Assembly: GCF_006345805.1 (NCBI RefSeq)
Contig: NC_043008.1
Location: 14,260,001 to 14,324,000 of the forward strand
Source: Octopus sinensis
Lineage: Eukaryota
Direction: 5' to 3'
DNA length: 64,000 nt
Each line of letters begins with the position of its first letter. The stretch's first letter is position 1. The position numbers and the translations under genes were made by a program. Below are positions 40,480 to 53,100 of this stretch, one piece after another. Under the pieces are notes generated by a model that had not been told where the DNA came from, searched no databases, and saw only the letters and a list, made by a program, of their open reading frames with translations.

Positions 40480-40625
40480 CACGCAGATGAAACTTAGTGT
40501 CTATCCCAACGCAACGTTAAATGAAGTGTTTTGCACAAGAACACAACACACCGTCCGATGCGGGAATCAAATCCATGATCTAGCGATCATACGGGCAACA
40601 CTTTAACCACCTTGCCACGCACGTT
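40480..40625 (-). mobile_element. Degenerate tRNA/CORE-like SINE head
   Basis: Reverse complement gives GTGGCAAGGTGG...ATTTGATTCCC...GTGTTCTTGTGCAAAACACTT. Confidence 0.45.
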
Positions 40626-41585
40626 CACGTAGTTGAAGAGAAATATAAATTATTTTATTAGTTTGTCAGATCAATTCGTTCGTTATTGGGTAGGGGGGGG
40701 TCATATTTAACACACTGTTGTTATATATATATGAAAAGAGGTAAAACTTATGCAAATTACAACAACGATATACCAAAGTTCTGCAGGAAAATAGGGTTAC
40801 AAAAAGTTCACGAAGCACGACGAAAAAACTATATTTTGTGGTAATTCAAATAGCATTGCAAAGTATTAAAATAACAGGAAAAGAGCGAACGAAGTTATCT
40901 GGCAACCCAAAATATCCATGTGAAGTTCAGTAGCTTTAACTAATCATATTCGGACCATCGGTGACTATACATACTTAAGAACCACTCCTACAGGTATCCT
41001 AGCTATTTGCTTTGAGAATCTTCAGAGATTAAGAGACGAAAAACTTATTTGATATGCAACATCGTTCTAACCAACGATGGCGTGTCAACACCTTCGTTGG
41101 ACCATCTAGAAAGAGCGGTAAAATATTTCTCAAATCATGCGCTATCAATTGAAATCAATTATTATATTCCTTGATGTGACTTTGTATATATTTTGTCAAA
41201 AAAAGGCCATTCAGGTCTTAAGCGCATTTAAGCATAGCGATGGTGAATGAGGGCCAACTTGGGGGTTAAATAGCTATGGTAACAAGCCAGATGTTAACCA
41301 ACACAAGATTTGGAAATTATTGTAGTGCTACCAACATTAAGATATGTATAAATGATCCACGTGACTGTGCATTATGTAATCGCTTTGTGATGTTATAATG
41401 AGCTGTTGTAAACAGTAATCATGCTGTAAAATTAATAAGACTTTAAATAGTGTTTCGTGTATGTATATATATATATATATATATATAACGGGAAGCTTTA
41501 TGAAAATAAACAAAAGACGAAGGCAGGTGGAAAACAAACGAACAATTGTATTAGTATGGCGCTCAGGAAATATAAATAAAACAAG

Positions 41586-41623
41586 TCTTTAACGTTTCGA
41601 GCCTACGCTCTTCAACAGAAAGA
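41586..41623 (-). ncRNA. Atypical minimal hammerhead motif, sense to the PLE
   Basis: TCTTT CTGTTGA A GAG CGTAGG CTC GAA ACGT T AAAGA: stem I 5 bp, stem II 3 bp, palindromic stem III. Confidence 0.7.
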
Positions 41624-42554
41624 TACACAGAGAGAGAAAAACACAGAAAGAAGGAGAGAAAAAAAATGCGTGCAGTAGCTAACAAATCAACATGGCGATC
41701 TGATTTCGGCCAGAGGTCAAAGATCAAACATGAGACGCGAGAGCGAAATAAGGGGAGATAATAGGGTTGATAAAAGGGTTGAGGGACCAGCTAATAGTGC
41801 GTGGGAGGGGTCTGGATGTGTGTATGTATAGGGTTGGTGTATGTATTAGTATGTATAAGGTGTGTGTGTTGTGTGTGTGTGGTGTGTATGAGAGAGTATT
41901 AGTGCGTAGGATTGGTCTGGACGTGCGTATGTATGGGGTTGGTGGTGTATATTAGTATGTATTAGTATGTATTAGTACGTATTGGTATGTATAGGTGTGT
42001 GTGTGTGTGGTGAGAGAGTATAAGTGCGTTTGCGGGGTCTGGACGTGTGTATGTATAGGGTTGGTGTAAGTATTAGTATGTACTAGTATGTATTAGTACG
42101 TATTAGTATGTATTAGTTGGTGTGTGTATTAGTATGGCACATCATATGTGATGTGATGTGTAAAGTCATGTGGTGTGTGAGGAGAAGAGGGGGGAGGGGA
42201 GAAGAGGGGAGGGGGAGAAGAGGGGGAGGAGGAGAGAAGGGTAGGGGGAAGAGGGGGAGAGGGGGGGAGGATAAGGGGGAAGAGGAGAGGATGGGGGAGA
42301 AGGAAGGGGAGGAGGGGGGATGAAGGAGGAAAGAGGGAGAGGGGGAGAGAGAGGGGAGAGAGAAGGGGAGAGAGGGAGAGGGAGGGAGCAGAGGGAAGGA
42401 AGAGGGAGGGAGAAAGAGGGAAGAAGGGAAGGGGAGTAGGGGTGAAAGGATGAAGGACTGAAGAAGAAGTAGGGGTCGGGGGGGAGAGAAAGGATAGGTG
42501 AGGAGTGGGGAGAGGGGGGGTTAGATGAGGAGGGGGGGGGGGAGTTGAGACCAA

Positions 42555-44720
42555 ATGGCGTATAAGAGCGAAGAGAGAAGATTAATTCCTGTTCACGGCG
42601 CAAACGGGAATCCGGATGGCCTCTGTGTAAGGACAAACCGAACACAGATAGGTGTTGCAAGGAGTGACCGGTGGAGCGGAAATGGCGTGAGACCGGTGTG
42701 TCGTTCGCAAGGTGGATGTCACGAAGGTGTTCCGCGAACCGGTCAGCCAAGCGGCGTCCCGTTTGTCCGATGTACAAGGAATTGCAGAGAGAGCAAGAGA
42801 TGCAATAGATAATATTGCTGGAGGTGCAGGTGAAGGAGTGGATGATGGGATAGGGTCGATGGTGGGTGCTAGTGAGGCGGGTGGTGTTGGAGAGGTAAGG
42901 GCAAGTGCGGCAACGTGGGCGGGAGCAGGGGAACGAGCCGGGTTGGGAGGTAGGGTCAGGGAAGGAGCTATGGACCAAAAGGTCTCGAAGGTTGTGGGCT
43001 CGTTTGAAAGAGGGGGGGGGTCGGTTAAGGAAGAGAGGTGTGAAGTGGACGGGTCGGACTGGAGATGACGGAAAGCTCGAAGAATGGTGCGTTGGAGACG
43101 TAGGGTCGTGGGGTGGTAAGTGAGGGGAAAAGGGAGGCGGGAGACTACAGGGCGGGTTCGGGGAGAGAGAGAGAGCAGATACACGGTCCACGGACCGTGC
43201 TCTGGCAAGGGCGGTGGATAGTGGTGAGGGGGTATCCACGTAGGGTGAAGTGGTGAGCCATACGTTGAGACTGAGTCTCAAAGTCATGGTCGTCACTACA
43301 AAGCCTACGTAGACGGAGGAAATGGGGATAGGGGATGGAAAGCTTGGTGTGTTCTGGGTGGGAGGAAGAGAAGTTGAGGTATGAGTGTGAGTCTGTGTGT
43401 TTGTAGTGAATGGAGGTGGTAAGAGTGGAGTGAAGAATGCTAACCGAAATGTCGAGGAAGGAGACAGAGGTGTTGGAGATAGTGGAAGTGAGGTGGAGGG
43501 CTGGATGGAAAGATTGGACGAAAGAGAGGAAGGAATCTAGATGTTCGCGGGAGAGTGAGGTGGCACCGATAATGTCGTCAATATAACGACCATATAGTTC
43601 AGGAGTGGGACCAGTGAAATTAGAGAATATTTGGGCCTCAACATAGCCAACGAACAGGTTCGCATAGTTGGGGCCCATTCGCGTTCCCATGGCCACTCCC
43701 GAGACCTGATGGTAGAACTCGCCCGCGAACGTGAAGCAGTTCAGAGTAAGGACAAGTTCGGCCAGACGAATGAGTGTGGAGGTGTCAGGTACAGGGTTAG
43801 AGCGGAGGTCAAGAAAGTGTCGAAGGGCCTGCAGTCCTTCGTGGTGAGGGATAACAGTATAGAGGCTTGGATGTCCATAGTAAAAAGGATTTTGGAGGAG
43901 CCGGGAGGAAAGGAGAAAGAGTTGAAAAGCCGGAGAGCATGGTTGGTATCGTGGATGTGGGAGGGAAGAGATGCCACTAGGGGGGCAAGGACACGGTCGA
44001 GGTATTTAGAGATGAGCTCCGTGGGGGGGCAGTTACAGGCGGAGAGGATGGGGCGGCCAGGGTGTTGGGTTTGTGGATTTGGGGGGGGAGGAAGTAAATG
44101 GGGGGGGTACGTGGGGTTCGCACAATTAGGTTGGATGCGGTGCGGGGGAGACGGGAGGACGAGATGAGGTCTTGGACAGTAGAGGATACCGTCTGTTGGT
44201 AGCTACGTGTGGGGTTAGAGGGCAGAGGGGAATAGAAAGAGGTGTCATTGAGTTGGCGGAAAGCCTCGGCCCTATAGAGGTCCGCGCGCCACACCACTAC
44301 AGCTCCACCCTTGTCAGCCGGTTTGATGATAATGTCAGCGCGCCGTTGGAGGGAACGAAGAGCCAAGAGCTCAGCCGGGGAGATGTTGAGGCGGCGTTGG
44401 CGCCTGGAGAAGTTGAACCGCTCCAATGTACGCTGACAAGCGCCCGCGAAAAGATCCACTGCTAGGGTGGCGAGTCGTGGTAATGCGCACCCAACCGGAC
44501 ACGGCGCACAAAGCTGTGGACATCAACTCGCGTCTGGAATTCCTTACAGGATGGAGTGAGGGGGATGATGAAACGCAGACCCCTACCAAGGACGGAGCGT
44601 TCAGCCGCGCAGAGAGGGGAAGATCGGGGGGAATGGTAACAACAGACGGAAGTGGAGAAGGGGTGGGTGGAATAGAAGTAGGAGGGGTGGTAGGTCTCGT
44701 GGAGGTCTGAGGGGGAGGGA
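42555..44720 (-). pseudogene. PLE RT-GIY-YIG polyprotein, broken by at least three frameshifts
   Basis: Consecutive track ORFs 43977-44459, 43741-43977, 43145-43696, 42166-43296 give collinear PLE motifs; N-terminal LSAAERSVLGRGLRF..FVRRVRL upstream. Confidence 0.9.
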
Positions 44721-44872
44721 TTGGGGAGGTGTGTGGGGGGTGGTTGGGCGGGGCAGTAGGGTTAGGTGTAGGTGGATGGAGCCTAACGGGAGGGGAGAAG
44801 ATATTTAAATACTGATCTCATCAGGTGGCCAGCATGGGAATAAAAACGTTAAATGTAATAATTATTATTAAA

Positions 44873-45208
44873 ATTATAATTTAGGGTATCTTAGAGATAT
44901 CACCACGCTGGAAATAGCAGCCAAAAACTGATCGTGTGCATACGGGCATAAATATGTATGTATACGTTAGTTTGTATATATAAGTATATCGTATATTGTA
45001 TATATTTATATATATTTGTATTTATGTGCTATCCGAGTATATTCCATTGATCAAGGCAGAGCATCTCTTATGCAGAGCCAGAAATCCGGGACCTGGAACT
45101 ACCAATAATTTTTTTTTGCTAGTTTATTTTGTCCCTTTGTCTTCTGGTGCCAATTTTTGGCTGCTATTTCCAGCGTGGTCGTATCTCTTAGATGACCTAA
45201 ATTATAAT
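44873..45208. mobile_element. Foldback/MITE-like element with ~55 bp inverted arms
   Basis: ATTATAATTTAGGGT...GAAATAGCAGCCAAAAA at 44873-44927 vs reverse complement at 45154-45208. Confidence 0.8.
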
Positions 45209-45328
45209 ATATAGAGAGAGAGACGGGGGAAGAGAGAGGGAGAGAGAGAAGACGGAGATAGATAGAAGGAGACAGAGAGATAGAGCGAGAGAGAGATATG
45301 TATACACAAATATACATATATATATATA

Positions 45329-45374
<46 letters not shown>

Positions 45375-46371
45375 CATATATATATATATATATATTATAC
45401 ATATATATTGATACATATGGATTAATATATAAATCGATAAACAAACTGAAGTGATGCTGGATAAATATCCTCGCAAGCTTTATAGCTAGATGGCTTCACT
45501 AGTGAAGTGATGTGTATATTTATCAATTTATCTATCTATTTATACTCAATTACGCATGCAGTGTGTGCAATATGCCAAATTATTTTGTTTCAATATCATC
45601 TTTGAAAATCGAATATCTTTAGATTTGGGTGCAGTTCGCCATTAATAAATATTTGTTTATAGGTGTGTATGTGTGTGTGAAAGTACCTTTGTGAGTTTGT
45701 AAATGTGTGTGCACATGCGCGTAGAATGGTAGGATTCTCTGATGTTACCATAAACTGAGCAATATGCAAACGATTGAAGTCAAAAGGATTAATCACCAGC
45801 AAGTCTGTTTCAGAGCTCTATCCACAAAACTATGATTTTTCAAAGAGAAGCACAGGGTGTATGGCTAGAAAATGGTTCTTATGTCTTTTAACATCTGTAT
45901 AAAAGACTGACTAAGCGCCATATAATACAGTTCCAAGGAAATGAAGGAAGAAATTTCTATACATAGAGCAAATATTTATAAGTAAATCTTCACAAGTCTT
46001 GATCTAATGTAGAAGGCAATATCTTCTAACACACACGACTCAGTCGTTGAAAGACCCGCTGAAGTTATTGATGTCTTTGATAAGATTTGAACTGCAACAA
46101 ATGTTCCTGATAGAATGAAACATTTCAATTTGATTTAACTTCAAATAACCTTTTATTGCGTCAGTCATATAAATTCTATTAAACAGCATATATAAAAATA
46201 CATACATATCTATGTATGGGCATATGTGTATGTGTGTGTGTGTGTATACATATATACATATATATAATATATATATGTATATAGTGATAGATATTTCTTT
46301 ACATGTATGTATAAATACATATACATATATACACACACATACACGCAAGAACGAACACACACACACACATA

Positions 46372-46428
<57 letters not shown>

Positions 46429-46532
46429 TGCATATAGTGTATGATGTATACATGAGTGCGGGTGGCAATCTATTATGCAAATACACACACATATATATAT
46501 ATGTGTGTGTGTGTGCATGTATATATAAATAA

Positions 46533-46569
<37 letters not shown>

Positions 46570-46597
46570 TGTTTACGTATACATATACTTATCAGTT

Positions 46598-46631
<34 letters not shown>

Positions 46632-46854
46632 TATATATACACGATTATATACATAATAGATTACTATATTCACATATATATAGGGATGCCAGTGTGTGTT
46701 TGTGTGTGTGTGTGCATGTGTTTTTGTATGTATGCGCATGTGTAAACAATTGCGTATTCACGTGCACAGAGCAAGCAACGATTTTATATGAGGTACGATA
46801 ACTTAGGGCAATGTTTTTGTGATGTATAAGTGAAAGAGGAATATGAATCATGGT

Positions 46855-46864
46855 AACAATAACC

Positions 46865-46925
<61 letters not shown>

Positions 46926-46990
46926 TAATAATAATAATGATAACAATAATAATAATGATAATAATAACAATAATAATAGTAATAATAGTA

Positions 46991-47041
<51 letters not shown>

Positions 47042-47335
47042 GTAATAATAATAATAATAATAGTAATAACTACAACAATAGCAATAAATAATAAACACGA
47101 GTAATATTAGCAATAATACTAAAAATAAGCCAAACTGACAAAAGTAAGATTTGCATCATTGATAAGTTGGAGAAGAGATAACAACACGAGTGGAGACCAT
47201 TATTTGAGAAAGCGAGGTAAAATGGTAGTAGCAAGAGGGGGAAAAGGGAGCAAGAAAACCGACAGCTTAATAATAATAATAATGAGGAGGAGGAGGAGGA
47301 GGAGGACGAGGAGGAGGATGAAGATGATGATGATG

Positions 47336-47378
<43 letters not shown>

Positions 47379-47437
47379 TAATAATAATGGTAATAATAAT
47401 AATAATAATGATAATGGTAGTAATAATAATAATAACA

Positions 47438-47474
<37 letters not shown>

Positions 47475-47519
47475 TAAAAATAATAATAATAACAATAATA
47501 ATAATAACAATAATAATAA

Positions 47520-47550
<31 letters not shown>

Positions 47551-47603
47551 AATGATGATGATAATAATAATAATGATAATAATGATAATATTAATAAATA
47601 ATA

Positions 47604-47650
<47 letters not shown>

Positions 47651-47756
47651 GTAATAATAATAATAAAGATAGTGGTAATAGTAGTAGAATAATCAGCAGC
47701 AGCATTGATAATAAGAATGGCAATAACAACAGCACCAACAACAGTAATGGTAATGA

Positions 47757-47800
<44 letters not shown>

Positions 47801-47860
47801 ATGATATCAACCACAACAACAACAATAACAATAATAATAATAATAATAATAATATTAATA
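46855..47860. repeat. Long (AAT)n compound microsatellite
   Basis: Directly visible. Confidence 0.95.
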
Positions 47861-48513
47861 GGGAAAAGGAGAGTAAGTAAATGAGAGTGAGAGATAAAAG
47901 ATGAAAGAAAACTTGCTTATGATTCAATGATTTAAATTTAGCGCAAAGAATGGTAATGTCAGCGGGGAGGCATTTGGGGGTATTGCTTATATCTGTTGTG
48001 TGTGTATAAATATATATGTATATTTACATATATATATATATATATATATTTATTTATACATATATACATATATATATATATAGAGAGAGAGAGAGGGGGG
48101 GGGAGAAATGGCAATAGGAAATATGCAATGGTAGGAGGAGAATGAGGACAAGGACGAGAGGAGGAGGAGCCATTGTAGTAGATACGGATAGAAAATTACA
48201 GATGGCGACAGAAATATTGGGCGATTAAGTAAGCATAACAAAGCGATGACGAGGGAGAGAAAGAAAGAGAGAAAAAGAAAACGAAAGAGAAAGAGTGCGT
48301 ATGTGAAAGATAGTGAGACAGATATACAGAATGAGAGAGAAGGAGGGAGAGAGGGAGAAACAGTGATTGAGTGATTGTAGGAAAATAAACAAACAAAAAA
48401 TTTGGTTCAATTTCCCCTTCTCCCTTTTTTCTCTCTACTTCTCTCTCGCTCTGTCTCCGTCTGTCTCCTTGTAACTATATTATATATATATATATATTTA
48501 TGTGTGTGTGTGT

Positions 48514-48547
<34 letters not shown>

Positions 48548-48730
48548 TTTATATATACATACACACACACATTATAGGCAACCTTGATCACTAAATATAA
48601 AATGGAGTTTGCGCTAGAACAATACATAATGCATTATTTAACTTGAGAGGATTTCTCATAATGTTTATCTCTCACGTGTTGCATAAAAGCGCCCGTAAAT
48701 TTGTCGTTGACAAACGAGAAGCGTTCAGAA

Positions 48731-48777
48731 CTAGAAGATTACGTTATTTCGCCCTGCTGTGGTCTCGTCAGTGACAG
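48731..48777 (-). ncRNA. Weak degenerate hammerhead motif
   Basis: CTGACGA GACC ACAGCA GGGC GAA ATAACGTAAT C; stem III one change from palindrome ATTACGTAAT; stem I poor. Confidence 0.3.
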
Positions 48778-49395
48778 ATATCCAGCCACGACATAACAGC
48801 CATAATTCCCTTCAGTGATGTATATAATGACGGTGGCTATTCAGTCACAAGTGCCGCAAATAGCTAGTGGGCTTACTCAAAAATAATTAATGACGTGGGA
48901 AGCAGTATTAATACCAATCGACGGCCTTGAACTCTAAATTAACGTGGATGTCGTGTTACTTACTTTTTGAAAGGATCTCTCAAATGGACTCGTGGCGCAT
49001 AAAAATACTTGTATATCGCTGATCGATGAGAACTGTCAGCTATAGCCACAAAAACTGTCAGATCATGTAATTTCATCCTGCTACGGAGTCCTTAGTGATA
49101 GATATATAGACTTATTAATCGTCTTTTAATAAGCCCACAGGATATGTGTGACACTATTATCTATATGATATACTTATGCTTATTATGTGTCCTTCTTTTA
49201 ACGAGCGATTATGCTACGGGAGGTAAACCCAAAAACACCGGTTGCAAGAGGTGGGAGATAAATATACTCAATAAAGATATGTACACACAAATGCACTACT
49301 TTCTTTCCTGAGCGTCCAATAATACTATACTTGTTCCACGTCCTCGCGTTGTTCTGTTTTCACGTTTGGATAACTATATATATTAACTATATATA

Positions 49396-49488
<93 letters not shown>

Positions 49489-49494
49489 AAGTAC

Positions 49495-49734
49495 TCTTTT
49501 ACTCTTTTACTTGTTTCAATCATTTGACTGCGGCCATGCTGGAGCACCGCCTTAATCGAGCAACTCGACCCCGGGACTTATTCTTTGTAAGCCCAGTATG
49601 TTATTCTATCGGTTCTCTTTTGCCGACCGCTAAGTAACGGGGGACATAAACACACCAGCATCCGTTGTCAAGAAATGCTAGGGGGACAAACACAGACACA
49701 CAAACACACCACACACATACATACATATATATTA

Positions 49735-49772
<38 letters not shown>

Positions 49773-49780
49773 ATATATAT

Positions 49781-49828
<48 letters not shown>

Positions 49829-49997
49829 ATATACACGACGGGCTTCTTTCAGTTTCCGTCTACCAAATCCACTCACAAGGCTTTGGTCGGCCCGAGGCTA
49901 TAGTAGAAGACACTTGCCCAAGGTGCCACGCAGTGGGACTGAACCCGGAGCCATGTGGTTGGTAAACAAGCTACTTACCACACAGCCACGCCTGCGC
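49495..49997 (-). mobile_element. SINE-B, full length, expanded internal (TA)n
   Basis: Reverse complement of 25005-25416. Confidence 0.93.
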
Positions 49998-50011
49998 CTA
50001 TTATATATATA

Positions 50012-50351
50012 TATTGTATTTCGGGACGGCCTATTTTTGTGCCAAATAAATACATGCACTATATATTCGTTCGTCACTCGTTTATTACTGTTCTTATTCT
50101 AACCCATGTGTCTGGAAATCCTGTGTGCTTTTGCTTTCCTTATTCCATTGTGTTCTTCTGTGCTCTGAATACGTAGCGCAAGTGTACACACCAAGACGAA
50201 ACCTGTCGCTAAAGAGGTCACAGATATGTGACGAAAGATTTCCGGACAATGGACATGAGTTTGAATAAAAACAGTAATAATCGAGTGGAGAACGAATATA
50301 TAGTGCGTGTGTTTATTGAGCCAAAAAAAGTGACTGTCCCGAAATACAATA
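50012..50351. mobile_element. MITE-like element with ~105 bp imperfect inverted arms
   Basis: TATTGTATTTCGGGAC... / ...GTCCCGAAATACAATA; arms about 50012-50118 and 50240-50351. Confidence 0.75.
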
Positions 50352-50635
50352 ATATTTGTTTCAACATACGACTTCACATCAGGTAGCTTGCAACACAAAT
50401 TCGCATATATGTATATGTGTATATGTGAATGTATATAGATAGATAGACTGACAGACAGATAGATAGACATTTACACCATTACTTTCCACATAGCTTCTAT
50501 CCATCAAATTCACTCAGCCCAGGCTATAGTGGAAAACAAGGTGCTGTGAAGTAGGACTGAACCTAAAAATAATATGCTTCCTAAGCGAGTTCTTTACCCA
50601 CTCAGCCATATACATATGCATATATATATATATAT

Positions 50636-50838
50636 AAAGGGAAAGTTTACGAAAATAAACAAAAGACGAAGGCAGGTGGAGTACAAACAAACAAATGTAT
50701 TAGTATAGCGCTCAGGAATAGAAAAAGTCTTTTACGTTTCTAGCCTACGCACTTCGACAGAAAGATACGCGGAAAAAAAAAGCAAGGGGAGAAACAAGGA
50801 GAGAAAAAATGCGTGTAAGGAGCTAACGATCTATCATG
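50636..50838 (-). mobile_element. PLE-I short unit with HHR (core CTGTCGA, stem II damaged)
   Basis: Homologous to 41488-41690; HHR at 50728-65; (TA)n flanks. Confidence 0.8.
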
Positions 50839-50840
50839 GC

Positions 50841-50884
<44 letters not shown>

Positions 50885-50939
50885 GTACACACACACATTA
50901 TATATATATATATATATATATTCATACAGACATACATAC

Positions 50940-50978
50940 ATCAAGATTTCGTCAGCTGTAACAGCGCTCCTCAGATAC
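50940..50978 (-). ncRNA. Degenerate hammerhead remnant running into a microsatellite
   Basis: CTGAGGA GCGCTGTTACAGCTGAC GAA ATCTTGAT; 3' strand of stem I missing. Confidence 0.35.
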
Positions 50979-51192
50979 TTTGTGACCTACGGCAATGTGG
51001 ACGATCAACGCGTTTATTATTATTATTATCGTCATTTCATGATATTCAAACACTAATGGAATAATGGATTAAGAAGCAATATTGTTCCAAACTAAATACG
51101 TGGAACTGATAAGATAAAATGGAGATCCTTGATATAAAAGTACATACTTGAATGAGATATACTTGTGTAATTATTGATAGGTACATAGGTAC

Positions 51193-51287
<95 letters not shown>

Positions 51288-51357
51288 TAGATAGATAGAT
51301 AGATAGATAGATGAAAAGATGGATGGATGGCTGGATGGCTTGATAGATAGATAGATG

Positions 51358-51399
<42 letters not shown>

Positions 51400-51400
51400 C

Positions 51401-51502
<102 letters not shown>

Positions 51503-53100
51503 AGTTCTTTATTGGCCACACAGGGCTGAATATAGAAGGGACAAATACAAATGTAGAGTTTTTCTTTTCGAAAATGGAAAAAGAAAAAAGGAACATAAGA
51601 GGAAACAAATGTACAATACTGATCAAAAGGGAACGGAAAAAAAAAGCGATCAAAAGGGATCGTGTATTACAGAACCAAATTTTTTTTAAAGTAAGAAACA
51701 GGATTAGGTTCATCTGTGGGAAGAAAAGCCTACAGAAAAGACCACGGTAACCTCAGTCAGGGAGGAAATAAACACATGAGTGCAAAGTGCTCTCTCTCAC
51801 TCTCTTTTACGATTTACAGGATCATGCTCAAAGTAGTTTCGTAACTTGCACGCACCATCTTTGCTACATTCACCCACCTTTTTTGAAACTTTCGCGAGAC
51901 AAAGCCTGCCTCTCCATTCTCAACTTCCTTTTCAAGTAGTACTTGAAAAAGTTCATGAGCTATTGGCCAGAGAGGTAAGTGTTTGTCTCTAATCCTTTCG
52001 CTCGAGTCCACCACACACATACTTTCACCATGGCCACCAGTACGATGAAAACTACCTTGCCTTCCCGGTTAAGGAAAGAGGACGGAGCAATGTTCACGAT
52101 AGACTCGGCCGACAGGTGGACTCGTCCCACACGTGACAGCAGCCGTTCAGCATAAGCCCACAGGTCTGAAATGGTTCGACACTGCACGAGTGCGTGCAGA
52201 ACGGTTTCGTCGCTCTGACCGCATCTGGAGCAAGTCGGGCCAGTGTGTCTCGAACCGTGCCTGTAGAGCTTATCCCGAACTGGTAATGTTTCTCGATAGC
52301 ACTGCCAGACCAGGGATCTTTGGTGATTGTCCATCTTTGGTGATTGTCCCGGCCCGAAAGTTGTCCTGAACAGGCGGGTCAGGTGTTCCTCGTCGACGCC
52401 CAGATTCTGCCCGAGAACGTCGTCGCACCTCCCCTCCACTAATCCTCTATAGGACGCCTTTGTTGTAATGAAGTCGCAAAAATTTGGTCCCGGACGGCAG
52501 AGTTACTTGAGAGCAACGCGACACTCGCGGTGCCATTCACCTAGCCTCCGTCTCTCTTTGATCCACAACTGTACTTCGGCCAAGGAGACGAGCTGGGGGA
52601 AAGCGTATCGCACAAAAGGCGACCACACCTGTTCACCGTCGTCTATGAAGCGCCGGAGATGTCGCAATCTCAGCGCATGTCTGCACATCTCTTTCTTTAT
52701 TACCCACAGGGGGCTAAACATAGAGAGGACAAACAAGGACAAACAAACAAATTAAGTCGATTACATCGACCCCAGTGAGTAACTGGTACTCAATTTATCG
52801 ACCCCGAAAGGATGAAAGGCAAAGTCGACCTCGGCGGAATTTGAACTCAGAACCAAACGGCAGACGAAATACGGCTACGCATTTCGCCCGGCGTGCTAAC
52901 GTTTCTGCCAGCTCGCCGCCTTATCAACCTGCACATCATCAACCACGGCATGCCTAGCCCTCCATTTAGCGTGTGTCGACAGCAAATGGATCGCCTAACC
53001 ATCGGAACACTTCCCTTCTACCTGAAGCGCATGAGTATTGATGTTCAACAAAGAAGACCTGAAGAAGAGGAAGGAAAATCGGCCGCTTTGAGTAGTCTTT
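51503..53100 (-). mobile_element. Tx1/L1-clade LINE, 5'-truncated, interrupted by SINE-A
   Basis: FR*KGSVPMVRRSICCRHTLNGGLGMPWLMMCR / HALRLRHLRRF joined across the SINE; CCHC zf-RVT CSRCGQSDETVLHALVQC; stop near 51814; ~310 bp 3' UTR; adjoins (GATA)n. Confidence 0.85.
52690..52928 (-). mobile_element. SINE-A inserted in the LINE, 9 bp TSD
   Basis: TSD CTGCACATC at 52681-89 and 52929-37. Confidence 0.93.

Larger units (their letters stand above)
41488..44800 (-). mobile_element. Penelope-like retroelement, Neptune-type, 5'-truncated (~3.3 kb)
   Basis: RT motifs IIKPADKGG, FTMDI, AMGTRMGPNYANLF, YIDD; thumb YLNFSSSHP; Cys linker CSRPRCRTC; GIY-YIG IIYCISC..YIGQTGR..RF.EH..GLN; 3' non-coding region with HHR ending at (TA)n. 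Confidence 0.95.

Noticed and set aside
42582-44710. Alternative-frame and antisense ORFs over the PLE (e.g. 43631-44167 +, 42582-43208 -)
   Set aside because: Expected shadows of a GC-rich coding region; no independent motifs
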